From the NCBI GenBank assembly GCA_040217195.1, contig JAVJNR010000002.1:224001-288000 (forward strand): 64,000 nt of DNA, written 5' to 3'. Within the stretch, counting starts at the first letter, position 1. The number at the start of each line of letters is the position of its first letter. The DNA comes from Leptospiraceae bacterium (lineage in GTDB: Bacteria; Spirochaetota; Leptospiria; Leptospirales; Leptonemataceae). A program made the position numbers and the translations under genes. The notes beneath the pieces are model-generated. The model saw nothing but the letters and a program-made list of their open reading frames with translations, had not been told where the DNA came from and made no database searches. Of this stretch, positions 1 through 9,446 are shown piece by piece.

Positions 1-117
1 GTGAAAAAGGCCGCTCAGGAAGCTCTGGATATCATGGATGGTAAAAAAGAAGCGGAGGGCGACGAGGATTCTCCGGAAGTAAGCAGCGAAGAGGAGAAGC
101 CGGCTCCCGCTGAGTAG
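1..117 (+). CDS. 3' end of a CDS running in from outside the window (acidic tail, product unknown)
   Basis: Frame 1 reads VKKAAQEALDIMDGKKEAEGDEDSPEVSSEEEKPAPAE to TAG at 115-117. Confidence 0.6.
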   Translation: MKKAAQEALDIMDGKKEAEGDEDSPEVSSEEEKPAPAE

Positions 118-197
118 CAGCCAACACCGGGCTATCTGCTTGTTCCGTGAAATCTGATACAGGATTCTACCGAAAACTCTTTCACCGGGCCATTTGA

Positions 198-1004
198 ATG
201 CGATACAGGATTATCCTATTTTTAGTTTCCTCTGCCATGAGCCTGGCTGGCCTGGACGCTCGCATTCCTCAGACCATGGCCGAGTATCGGGCCCTCATGG
301 GTAGCGGCCGGTCCGTGACAATGAATCTTCGATTTCGCGGAATTAAAACCGTGGATACTGGTAAAGCCATTGAAGATCGCTTCTTGTTTAGCAGCAGGGA
401 TGGAGTTACTTTCTATATCAAGCTGGACTGGAATCATCAACTTGCTCTGGATCAAGTGCGAAGCGGCAACGAACTGGCCCCCTTTCGATACAATCTGGTC
501 TATGAGCTTGGCATTAGTTTTGAGCATCAAACAGATCGTGGTCTGCTCATAGTTAGAGCAACTCCGGCAGAGGTCTGGGAACTTCGCCTGGCCCGGGAAA
601 TTCCACCGTATACCGGAGATATAACTGAGCAGGATTTAAGAATTCGTGAGCTGATTCAAAAAATTCGTCAAAACGAGCAGCCTCCTGGAGAGTATAAGCT
701 ATTCTTTTCCCGGAGGGAATCTTTACATCTGGTCTTCTACGATATGGAAGGCCAGGAAGTTCGCTTCCAGTATAGACGGGACCGCTGGGAAATGAAGGAG
801 TTAAAGAAGGTTCGATTCCTGATTCCTGGTGCAGCCTACCTGGTGAAAGGCCCCCTTCGAGGTCTGGTACTTGATGAAAAGAGCATACCGGTAACAGATC
901 AAAGATTCATGGAAGCGCTTCAAGATCGTAGCATTGAGGAATTCTATCTCTGGTTTGATTTTGAATCGGCGGAGCCTCTGCGAACCGAGCAAATCCTGTA
1001 CTAG
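198..1004 (+). CDS. Hypothetical exported protein
   Basis: 268-aa ORF with an N-terminal signal-peptide-like segment (MRYRIILFLVSSAMSLAGLDA); no family recognised. Confidence 0.7.
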   Translation: MRYRIILFLVSSAMSLAGLDARIPQTMAEYRALMGSGRSVTMNLRFRGIKTVDTGKAIEDRFLFSSRDGVTFYIKLDWNHQLALDQVRSGNELAPFRYNLVYELGISFEHQTDRGLLIVRATPAEVWELRLAREIPPYTGDITEQDLRIRELIQKIRQNEQPPGEYKLFFSRRESLHLVFYDMEGQEVRFQYRRDRWEMKELKKVRFLIPGAAYLVKGPLRGLVLDEKSIPVTDQRFMEALQDRSIEEFYLWFDFESAEPLRTEQILY

Positions 1005-1006
1005 GG

Positions 1007-1588
1007 GTGGATATGCCTTGTTGCTTGAGCAAAACGGAACATTTGCATTTCACGTTTCAGCCACTTTCCGTGCCGGGGCAACAGTTCCAGGCCTCTTGCC
1101 TGGGGTTGGCTCTGCTTGTTTTTGCCTTGCTCTGGCCCAATCGTCTGTATGCTGAAGTAGAGCTAATTTCAGAAGGTCAGAAGTTTTCTCACTATCGGTT
1201 CTATTTTCAGTTTGAAGCTCCAATGACCTTGCAGTATAGAATTTCGCCCTATGGAAACTCTAAATTGCTCCAGGCCTGGGATTCTGCCCAGACACTGGTA
1301 ATTGTATCGCGTACTTTGAGACTTACCGAGGAAGTGCCTTCCGGACAATTCCTGAAACCTCCCGGTTGCGCCGAACTACCGGATTTCAAAAAACAAAATG
1401 GGTCTGTTCGGTGCGAATCCGTTGAGGATGGTGTGCCTCTAATTCGATTGATTCGATGGGAAAATACGGCCGGTCTTATGCATCTATTCGCCGCCACGGT
1501 GCAAAAAGAAGACCGTTCCATTCTGGATAGTCTGGAGCAAAGCCTGCAGCCCCAGCCAGCATTCTATTATCCGGACGATGGGCTCTAG
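1007..1588 (+). CDS. Hypothetical exported protein (true start may be downstream)
   Basis: 193-aa ORF with hydrophobic segment LGLALLVFALLWPNRLYA; directly follows the previous gene. Confidence 0.6.
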   Translation: MDMPCCLSKTEHLHFTFQPLSVPGQQFQASCLGLALLVFALLWPNRLYAEVELISEGQKFSHYRFYFQFEAPMTLQYRISPYGNSKLLQAWDSAQTLVIVSRTLRLTEEVPSGQFLKPPGCAELPDFKKQNGSVRCESVEDGVPLIRLIRWENTAGLMHLFAATVQKEDRSILDSLEQSLQPQPAFYYPDDGL

Positions 1589-1669
1589 GACAATTCCGGT
1601 TCAGTGGAACCCTGAAAATCCGTTTGTTTCTGTCTTGCTTTCAAGAGAGGCCTTGCTTTCCTGGAGGAG

Positions 1670-2845
1670 ATGTCCACCAGCAACGACATATATGAATTTA
1701 GAAACCGGGAAGAATTGCTCAAAAGCGCCCGGGAGCTGAAAGAAGACTTCCAACAGCGATGGCAAAAAAATGGAATCGAGGGTCAGCTTGCAGAAATGCA
1801 GGACATGGAAGACCTTATGACTCAGCCGGATTTCTGGGATGATCCGGATAAGGCCCGTGAAATGTCGCAGCGAAAATCTGCCCTGGAAAAAAAGCTAATT
1901 CCCTGGAAAGATCTGAATCGCGACCTGGAGGACTTCCCTGATCTGGTAGAACTGACCATGGAAGAGATGGATGACCAGGAGGCGGCCCTGCAGCAGCTCT
2001 CCAGAGAGTACGCTGGCATAGAAGAACGATTCGAAGATGTGCAACTTGCGGAAGCACTGCTGGGAAAAGATGATCAACTAAATGCAATTGTAACCATTTC
2101 ATCCGGTGCCGGTGGAACGGAAAGCCAGGACTGGGCACAGATGCTGCTTCGTATGTACACTCGCTGGTTTGATCGAAAAGGCTTTGGATACGAAACCCTG
2201 GATCTGCAGGATGGAGAAGAGGCCGGCATTAAAAGTGCATCCCTTCTGGTAAAAGGAGAGTCTGCCTTTGGATATTTGAAATCTGAAAACGGCGTCCACC
2301 GATTGGTTCGAATCTCCCCCTTTGACTCAAACAAAAGAAGACATACATCTTTTGCTTCGGTTCATGTGGCTCCAGAAATCGACGATGAGATCGAAGTAAA
2401 CGTTGAAGAAAAGGATTTAAGGGTGGATACGTACCGCGCCAGTGGGGCCGGCGGTCAGCATATCAATAAAACGGACTCAGCGATTCGGATTACTCATATT
2501 CCTACCGGAGTGGTGGTTCAGTGCCAGCAGGAGCGCTCACAACATAAGAACCGAGACAAAGCAATGAAGATGCTTCGCTCCCGGTTATACGAGCTGGAAA
2601 GAGAAAAGAGGGAAGAAGATGCTGAAAGTAGATCCGGGGAAAAAAGAGATGTTTCCTGGGGAAATCAGATTCGCAGCTACGTATTTCATCCATACAAAAT
2701 GGTTAAAGATCTGCGAACCGGCTTCGAGACTTCGGATCCGGATTCCATAATGAACGGCGAGCTGGAAGACATGGTAAAATCCTATCTGAAGGGTGTTGCC
2801 AGCGGCGGAGATCTTAAAGTGACTGTGAATCCAGATATAGAATAA
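1670..2845 (+). CDS. prfB: Peptide chain release factor 2
   Basis: GAGGTESQDWA, GVHRLVRISPF (SPF specificity motif of RF2) and GAGGQHINKTDSAIR (GGQ); GGAGGAG upstream; single uninterrupted ORF. Confidence 0.97.
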   Translation: MSTSNDIYEFRNREELLKSARELKEDFQQRWQKNGIEGQLAEMQDMEDLMTQPDFWDDPDKAREMSQRKSALEKKLIPWKDLNRDLEDFPDLVELTMEEMDDQEAALQQLSREYAGIEERFEDVQLAEALLGKDDQLNAIVTISSGAGGTESQDWAQMLLRMYTRWFDRKGFGYETLDLQDGEEAGIKSASLLVKGESAFGYLKSENGVHRLVRISPFDSNKRRHTSFASVHVAPEIDDEIEVNVEEKDLRVDTYRASGAGGQHINKTDSAIRITHIPTGVVVQCQQERSQHKNRDKAMKMLRSRLYELEREKREEDAESRSGEKRDVSWGNQIRSYVFHPYKMVKDLRTGFETSDPDSIMNGELEDMVKSYLKGVASGGDLKVTVNPDIE

Positions 2846-4652
2846 TCTTATTCACTCTTTCGATGGGAGTCCCGGGCGGAGGCTCCTGTTTGAATACTGT
2901 ACCGCTTCCGCTAAACTGCACTGACTTTTTGTAATCCTTTCCAATTAACTCCAGAGCCTGTATGGCGCTCATTCCACGAAAGTCAGCCAGTTTATCAGGT
3001 GAGGTGGACCTGGGATGACCGGGACTGGTTTCAAATCGATGAGCCTTGTAGGTTTTTCGCGGAGCTCGGATGATTGGCAGAATGCTTTCCACAAATTTTT
3101 TGAATACCGGTGCCGCCAGCGAGCCACCAGCCCAGCGGCCGGAAACATCGTCATAAAGAATTAGCCCAATGTATTCCGGATTCTCCGCCGGAAACATTCC
3201 GATGAAGGAAACTGCATATCGGTCGGAGTAACCGGAAGCGGAAGATTTCTGACCGGTTCCTGTTTTGCCTATGATGTCTAGCTCCTGCATATCGGCGGCT
3301 CGACCGGTGCCCGATTTAACCACAAGTCTCATCATGGCCCGGACGCGGGCAAGTTGCTCTGGCTGAAACGGTGTAATGTCCACTGCAGTTTTGCTTTCTT
3401 CAACAGAACGGCCATCTTCGGTGACGATTCGTTTTACAATTCTGGGATGCACCAGGCTGCCATCGCTACCGATTACACTGGCTGCTCGAAGTAGCTGTAT
3501 TGGAGTGACGCTAAATCCCTGTCCGATGGGATAATAGAAGCGCGTACTATCAACCCAGTTTTCTGGTGCAGGCAGATAGCCTTCTGTTTCGCCCGAGCCT
3601 TCCGGGAGAATACCGGTGCGTTCTCCCAGGCCCAGGGCTTTCATCTTGCGGTATAGTTCTTCCCGTGGCACGTCCTTCATCGCCTTGATCATTCCGACGT
3701 TGCAGGATTCCCGGATGATTTCTTCCAGCGTTAATGAACCGTGGGCAAAGGTATGCCCTCTTCGAAGACAGCGAACGCTTCCAGTTTCGAAATCATATTT
3801 ACCGTTGCACTGGTAGCGTTTTCCAGGTTCATATCCTTTGCTGCTAAGGAGAATGGCAGTCATTAGAACCTTTACTGTGGATCCTGGCTCATAGTTCAGT
3901 CGGATGGCCCAGTTTCCTCTTTCGTTTGCAGAGTATCGATTGTAGCGATTGGGATCAAAGTCTGGTAGATTGGCCATTGCCAGAATCTCACCTGTAGGTA
4001 TATGCATGAACAGACCTACGGCTCTTTTCGCATCCGACTTTTCGAATCCTTCCTCCAGTGCTTTTTCCAGGCGAAATTGAATCAGGCTGTCTATTGTAAG
4101 ATAAAGCGACGGTCCTCTGGGTTCTCCATAAGACTCCAGAAGTACATCGTTGTAATCTCTTTCTATGCCTTCCAGTGCACTGGATGCATCCTGGCCTACA
4201 AAGCCCAGGAGGTTTGCGGCCAGATCTGCAGAAGGATATACGCGACGGTATTCAAAGTCTCGATGGACTCCAGGAATCTGCAGCTCCATAAGTCGTTCGG
4301 CTGCAAAGTTATCCACCTGTCTTTCCAGAAGGAAATATTTACGGTCGCGATAAAGATAGAAGCGCCGCAGGATCTCTGCCTCTTCCATGTCAATGAATCG
4401 AGCTACCTGGGTTGCCGTAAACTCTGGATCCACCACCTCTTCAGGCGCTATGCCTATGGTGCTGGCCTCTTCCGTTAATGCCAGGGTAATGCCCCGGCGA
4501 TCCAGTATGGGGCCCCGGACCGTTTCCAGGCTGGAGCTTTCCCGCCAGCCCCGGCCTTCCCAGACTAGAAAGGCTACTCGACCAAGAACGATGCCCAGAG
4601 CCAGACTGACAAAAACAGCAAACAGGGTAATCCTGAACTGAGCCCGTTCCAT
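2814..4652 (-). CDS. Class B penicillin-binding protein (PBP2/FtsI family) with C-terminal PASTA-like domain
   Basis: N-terminal TM; RGPILDR, GIER and LTID dimerisation motifs; SxxK (GSTVK), SxN (SCN), KTG (GKTGT); C-terminal DFRGMSA...GSGTVFKQEPPPG. Confidence 0.92.
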   Translation of the reverse strand: MERAQFRITLFAVFVSLALGIVLGRVAFLVWEGRGWRESSSLETVRGPILDRRGITLALTEEASTIGIAPEEVVDPEFTATQVARFIDMEEAEILRRFYLYRDRKYFLLERQVDNFAAERLMELQIPGVHRDFEYRRVYPSADLAANLLGFVGQDASSALEGIERDYNDVLLESYGEPRGPSLYLTIDSLIQFRLEKALEEGFEKSDAKRAVGLFMHIPTGEILAMANLPDFDPNRYNRYSANERGNWAIRLNYEPGSTVKVLMTAILLSSKGYEPGKRYQCNGKYDFETGSVRCLRRGHTFAHGSLTLEEIIRESCNVGMIKAMKDVPREELYRKMKALGLGERTGILPEGSGETEGYLPAPENWVDSTRFYYPIGQGFSVTPIQLLRAASVIGSDGSLVHPRIVKRIVTEDGRSVEESKTAVDITPFQPEQLARVRAMMRLVVKSGTGRAADMQELDIIGKTGTGQKSSASGYSDRYAVSFIGMFPAENPEYIGLILYDDVSGRWAGGSLAAPVFKKFVESILPIIRAPRKTYKAHRFETSPGHPRSTSPDKLADFRGMSAIQALELIGKDYKKSVQFSGSGTVFKQEPPPGTPIERVNKIILYLDSQSL

Positions 4653-4703
4653 AGGTCCAGGCTGACATCCGGCTGAAATTTGGGTACAAAATTTCCAGTT
4701 CGC

Positions 4704-5567
4704 TCAGCGGGAATCGTTATTGATGGCGAAACCAACAATGTAAGACACAGGGATGAAACCTACGATTCTGGAGTCCCTGGAATGGGATCGGTTATCGCCC
4801 AGGACCAAAATACTATTTTCGGGCACAATGCCGGTCCGGGGAAGACCGTTCATCGCAGCATACAGAGCCTCAACGCCCAGTTTTCGAACTTCCGGGCTCA
4901 CTGCCAGAAGCGGTGGCTGATAGCCCTCCGGATAGGGTTCCGTGCCCGGAGGTTGAAAGACGAAGTTCCCGGATTGATCATAGGATTCGGGTTTGCCATT
5001 TACAAGCAGACTTCCTTTTTCAAATACATAGCGGTCACCAGGTAACGCCACAATTCGCTTGATCCAGAGTGGATTATTACAGCTTCCTTCGACCGGATAC
5101 CGGTACACAACGATCTGTCCTCGCTCGATTTCGGGAGAAAGGATAGGAATTCGAATGGAAAGAGGAAAGGAGAGATCCAGGACTCCGGCTTTTCGAATCC
5201 AGAAAGAGTCATTTTCTGTCAAAGTGGGCTGCATGCTGGGTCCAGCCACACTGACTCTCTCCAGAAACAAGGAGCGAACGTGCAATGCCAGGGTTCCCAG
5301 GATTAATGCCCCGAGGATGATTGTCCGGCCTGGAAAGTGGATCAGCCTGTCAGCAGAAGGCCTTATTGGATGAAAGAGAAAACAAAGACCAATTCCAGCA
5401 CAGATTATTACGCTGCTGAGCACGATAAGGCCAGGACAGCCTCCCGATCTGACTGTTTCAGGATCCGAGCCCAATAACTGAATTATCTCGTTGGCCGTAA
5501 ACAATGCTGCGTAGAGATATATAGGAAGGAATGAAAATGGTTTTACAGAGAAACCGACAGGCCACAC
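4704..5567 (-). CDS. lepB: Signal peptidase I (start uncertain; ORF open to 5669)
   Basis: GPSMQPTL (catalytic Ser), WIKRIVALPGD (catalytic Lys) and VLGDNRSHSRDSR boxes; GTG at 5567 chosen to avoid overlap with the divergent gene. Confidence 0.85.
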   Translation of the reverse strand: MWPVGFSVKPFSFLPIYLYAALFTANEIIQLLGSDPETVRSGGCPGLIVLSSVIICAGIGLCFLFHPIRPSADRLIHFPGRTIILGALILGTLALHVRSLFLERVSVAGPSMQPTLTENDSFWIRKAGVLDLSFPLSIRIPILSPEIERGQIVVYRYPVEGSCNNPLWIKRIVALPGDRYVFEKGSLLVNGKPESYDQSGNFVFQPPGTEPYPEGYQPPLLAVSPEVRKLGVEALYAAMNGLPRTGIVPENSILVLGDNRSHSRDSRIVGFIPVSYIVGFAINNDSR

Positions 5568-5607
5568 CTTGCCCCGATCCACTTGTTTTTCCCGATCCAA
5601 ACGGTTC

Positions 5608-7584
5608 ATGTCATCCGAAGAAAACGTACTAGAATCTGAATTATCCAGACTGGAACTTGGCGCACTCAAGCGAGTCGCTCAAGTCTGGAATGTACCCAAA
5701 CTGGGCAAAGATAAAAAGACGGTCATCAAGAATATCATCCAGACAATGCAGGATGATTTCTACCTGAAAGGCGTACTGGAAAAGCTCAGCGCCACCCAGG
5801 TAACAATATACACATCCCTGCTCAAGAGCAAGACCAAAGTCCTGACTCTTGGAGAGATTTCGCGAAAAATCTCCATGCCTCCTGTAAATGCGGAAATGGA
5901 GCTGGGTGTATTAAAGCGATACTTCCTGGTTTATCAAAGAAAGAATCGCGAGCGTTTGACCAACAACCTGGACCGATATTACTATTATCCAGAAAGCGGT
6001 GATCGGGTTCTAATGGAGACCAATGAAAAGGGTCTCAAATTTAAGCCTTCTTTGCCGCAGATCCTGCAAAGCCGTGATGTACTATCGCCTACCTGGAAAA
6101 AGGTACTCGGTAACCAGTCCGTTACCCGAACCACGGAAAAAGAGAACCTGGATGAGATTATAGATCAGCTTTCCGAGCTCGATAGAAATGTATTGCTCGA
6201 GTGCTTCCTTCAGGGCGGAATTCTGGAAATCTCCCGGGCTCGTGAGTTTATCGCAGAGAAGAAAGGTAAATGGGAGCAGGTTGTGGCCAGCCTCCATGAA
6301 CTGGGTCTACTAATCGATGACTACTATATAGATGAGCGATTTGTTCGTCTTCTGGTTTGCCCTCTGGAAGTGTTTGAGTATCTTCAGGATTATCCTCTGG
6401 TTCCTCAAACCAAGCGCGGTACTCGTAAGAGGCAGGAAAAGGTAGTTAGCAACGATCTGGACTTTTACACAAACATTAAGAAGATGATTGTGTACATAAG
6501 TCGAAAAGGTCTGAACCTGGCCAAGTCTGGCAAGATCAAGCAGGTGGATTTAAAAGAAACCGAAAACAGGCTTCTGCGTCCGGACATTTCACTCTTTCTG
6601 GAAAAAAGTCAGATCTATCAAATCGAATTACTGCTTCCTGTAATGCGCCTCCTGGACATCGTCCGGGTTAAGAAAGACGATGCAGTTCTAAGAAATAACT
6701 ACGAAGAAGTTCTAAAGAAAGACCTGTTCGAATTGATGAAGCAGGTTATTCAGGAAATCGGCCAATCCAGGAACCGGGTGGTACGATACGAAGATGTATT
6801 CGAATCCCTGTACGTTCCCTTTTTCCTGAAACCAGTCTTTGATGAATGTGTGGAGTTTGTCAAGAAGCGAAACAAAGTGATGTACACTGTTGTCATGGCT
6901 TCTCTCATTCGCGAAAAGCTGGTTCTGTCCAAGAAGTTCAAGATCAAAGATTTCCAGCAGGACCTGGCTGAACTGCGAAAAGAGCTCACTTCTGCGCTAT
7001 TTTTCCTTCAATTGCTGGGTCTTATCCGCGTGGAATATCCGGATCGTTGGATTGAAATCTCTGCCCTGGGAAGCTATTATTTTAACGCTGAGCCGCTCAA
7101 GCAGGAAGATGATGCAGGCGGTGTTATCATTAACCCGGACCTGAGCTTGATTGCCATTCCAGAGCATATGACCCTTGAGAGTCTATCCCTGCTCAAGATG
7201 TTCGCCGAACTGAAGACCTTCGACAATGTGTATACTTTTCAGATCACTCGGGAATCCTTTCAGGAAGGACTATTGCTTCGGGCCAGGAAAGAAGACTTTC
7301 TGGATTTTCTCAACCGAGCCTCTCAGAACGATCTACCGCAGAACCTGCTGTTCTCCATCGAAGACTGGTCCAGCAATCTACCTCTAGTCACTATCACAGA
7401 TGAATGTGTTGTGGTGCAAACCGAAGACCCCAACCATATGGAGCTTCTCCTGGGCCAGATTAGTGGAAAGAAAATTGTGCTGCAGAAGATCAGCCCGACC
7501 ACCATTCTAATTGACCCGGAAAAGATTTACGAAACCATCAGTTACTCGGAGAAATTGAATCTAATCGTGAAGCTCATTCGCTAG
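5608..7584 (+). CDS. XPB/Ssl2 helicase-associated domain (Helicase_C_3-like) protein with winged-helix repeats; no helicase motor
   Basis: C-terminal IINPDLSLIA...FAELKTFDNVYTFQITRESF...LPQNLLFSIEDW pattern; ATG at 5608 (MSSEENVLE) preferred over TTG at 5569. Confidence 0.72.
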   Translation: MSSEENVLESELSRLELGALKRVAQVWNVPKLGKDKKTVIKNIIQTMQDDFYLKGVLEKLSATQVTIYTSLLKSKTKVLTLGEISRKISMPPVNAEMELGVLKRYFLVYQRKNRERLTNNLDRYYYYPESGDRVLMETNEKGLKFKPSLPQILQSRDVLSPTWKKVLGNQSVTRTTEKENLDEIIDQLSELDRNVLLECFLQGGILEISRAREFIAEKKGKWEQVVASLHELGLLIDDYYIDERFVRLLVCPLEVFEYLQDYPLVPQTKRGTRKRQEKVVSNDLDFYTNIKKMIVYISRKGLNLAKSGKIKQVDLKETENRLLRPDISLFLEKSQIYQIELLLPVMRLLDIVRVKKDDAVLRNNYEEVLKKDLFELMKQVIQEIGQSRNRVVRYEDVFESLYVPFFLKPVFDECVEFVKKRNKVMYTVVMASLIREKLVLSKKFKIKDFQQDLAELRKELTSALFFLQLLGLIRVEYPDRWIEISALGSYYFNAEPLKQEDDAGGVIINPDLSLIAIPEHMTLESLSLLKMFAELKTFDNVYTFQITRESFQEGLLLRARKEDFLDFLNRASQNDLPQNLLFSIEDWSSNLPLVTITDECVVVQTEDPNHMELLLGQISGKKIVLQKISPTTILIDPEKIYETISYSEKLNLIVKLIR

Positions 7585-7626
7585 AAACTGCCTTGAACTG
7601 GCTGGAGCAACACTGACGGTACCAGT

Positions 7627-8190
7627 ATGAATAAAAACATGAGAAAAGGATTCCTGAAAAGGTCACTGGTTGGGTTCATTTCTCTGTTTTGTATTTCCGT
7701 TGTCCTGTCTGCGATTTCCTCTTGCGATCAGAGTAGCAATGAGATTCGCACTGGAAATGTACGAATCGTTGAAGGCGGTCAGAGGTTTCCTCTAGAGATT
7801 CCGCCTGAATTCAAGTATCCTGGAGCTGAAATGGTTTTCTCTTCCAGCTTCGAAGGCAGTAGCTTTTGGACCAGACCTGAAACCACAGCAAGTCTTCGAA
7901 GTGCTGATTCGCTAAATGCTGTAGCAAACTACTATCAAGCATCTATCGAACAGAGTGGATGGACTATCATTCAGAGTCGAAGGAACTCTGACGCTGTTCT
8001 CTATATGGCTGAATCCGGTTATAAGAACCTGCTGACAATCATCATTAGACCCGAACTGTCAGGCAATGATGAGTCCAGCAGCCAGGAAAGTCCGAATCCG
8101 GAAGACTCCCCGGCTCCAGATGAGCTGGCCAGCGAGACTCCAGGACCAACGCTTGTGAAACTGTATCTCAAGCAAAGCGGTGCTGAATAG
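7627..8190 (+). CDS. Hypothetical lipoprotein
   Basis: Basic N-terminus, hydrophobic core and lipobox-like AISSC. Confidence 0.7.
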   Translation: MNKNMRKGFLKRSLVGFISLFCISVVLSAISSCDQSSNEIRTGNVRIVEGGQRFPLEIPPEFKYPGAEMVFSSSFEGSSFWTRPETTASLRSADSLNAVANYYQASIEQSGWTIIQSRRNSDAVLYMAESGYKNLLTIIIRPELSGNDESSSQESPNPEDSPAPDELASETPGPTLVKLYLKQSGAE

Positions 8191-8249
8191 AATAGTTTGA
8201 TTGTTTCTGATTCGGTCCCGGCCGTGCGGGCCACAGGCTGCGCAAAACG

Positions 8250-9446
8250 ATGCAAGACCCAACCAAAGAAAGGCAGATTCGCACCGTTCCCAGATCGGTG
8301 ATTATGCCCTATCTGGGAGGTCTGATTATCGTAGGGTCGGCCCTTCTCGTTTTGATAGTTTATCGCTCCTATGCCTGGTCAGGCTTTCTAGCACTTCTAT
8401 TCTATGCAGGTTTCCATAAACCGCATCACTGGGTTCTTCAGAAGGTTGGCCAGCGCAGGACACTTGGGGCCAGTATCTCTACCCTGGTCGTAATGGCCGT
8501 GCTGGTAGGTCCGGTGTCTATACTGACCAGACTCCTGATCGTTCAGGCCATCGATTTACTGAATGGAATAAAGGCATTTCTGATTTCGGACTGGGCCCTG
8601 GAGCTGGCGTATCGCTTTCCGGGCATTGTATCCTGGATTACCGAAGATCCATTCTTCTGGGTAGAGCTGGAAGCTACCTATATTCAAATCCTGGATGAAT
8701 ACAGTACCTATCTGGATCCAGACCGCATTGGCAATCTGGTAGGAGGAGCGTACTCCTTTGTTCTGGGTGGAATGTCTTTTACACTTGGATTCGCGGTTAA
8801 CCTGGTCTTCGGATTTATTCTTTTGTTCTTTTTATTCAAGGATGCTCCGCTCTTTTCTCGCGGCCTTGAATCCGCTCTTCCATTCCCGCCTTCCATGCTT
8901 CGCAGTTTCGTAGATCGAATGAAGGCTACCATCAGCGCTGTACTGGTTGGAAATGTATTTATCTCTATATTGCAGGGATTCGCTCTCGGTATCGGATTTG
9001 CGATCTGTGGAGTGCCCAATGCATTGCTCTATGGTAGCATAGCCATCGTATTTTCTATAATTCCGGTCATAGGCACTTCGCCGGTATGGTTGCCAGCGTC
9101 GCTCTACCTTGCATTTATTGAAGAAAGCTACGGCCTGGCGATTTTTCTGGCTCTATACGGGCTGGGTATGTTTCTGTTTCTGGAGAATATTTTGAAGCCC
9201 AAGATTCTGGATCGCAGGCTGGGCATTCATCCAATGTTTCTTTTCTTTTCTATTATTGGCGGACTGAAGGAATTCGGAATTACAGGTATCTTTCTTGGTC
9301 CACTATTTGTGGCTTTATTCGTAACTCTCTGGAAGATCTATCATATCTGGGATACTACCGAAGACGAGGAACGCAAGCTGGAAGAAGTTGGAAAGGATCC
9401 AGCGAAAGAAGAGGCAGCCAGCCTGGAAGAGGCCAAAGATGGATAA
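8250..9446 (+). CDS. AI-2E family transporter
   Basis: Multi-TM protein with ILQGFALG, IIPVIGT and ENILKPKI...IHPMFLFFSIIGG...GIFLGP motifs. Confidence 0.9.
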   Translation: MQDPTKERQIRTVPRSVIMPYLGGLIIVGSALLVLIVYRSYAWSGFLALLFYAGFHKPHHWVLQKVGQRRTLGASISTLVVMAVLVGPVSILTRLLIVQAIDLLNGIKAFLISDWALELAYRFPGIVSWITEDPFFWVELEATYIQILDEYSTYLDPDRIGNLVGGAYSFVLGGMSFTLGFAVNLVFGFILLFFLFKDAPLFSRGLESALPFPPSMLRSFVDRMKATISAVLVGNVFISILQGFALGIGFAICGVPNALLYGSIAIVFSIIPVIGTSPVWLPASLYLAFIEESYGLAIFLALYGLGMFLFLENILKPKILDRRLGIHPMFLFFSIIGGLKEFGITGIFLGPLFVALFVTLWKIYHIWDTTEDEERKLEEVGKDPAKEEAASLEEAKDG

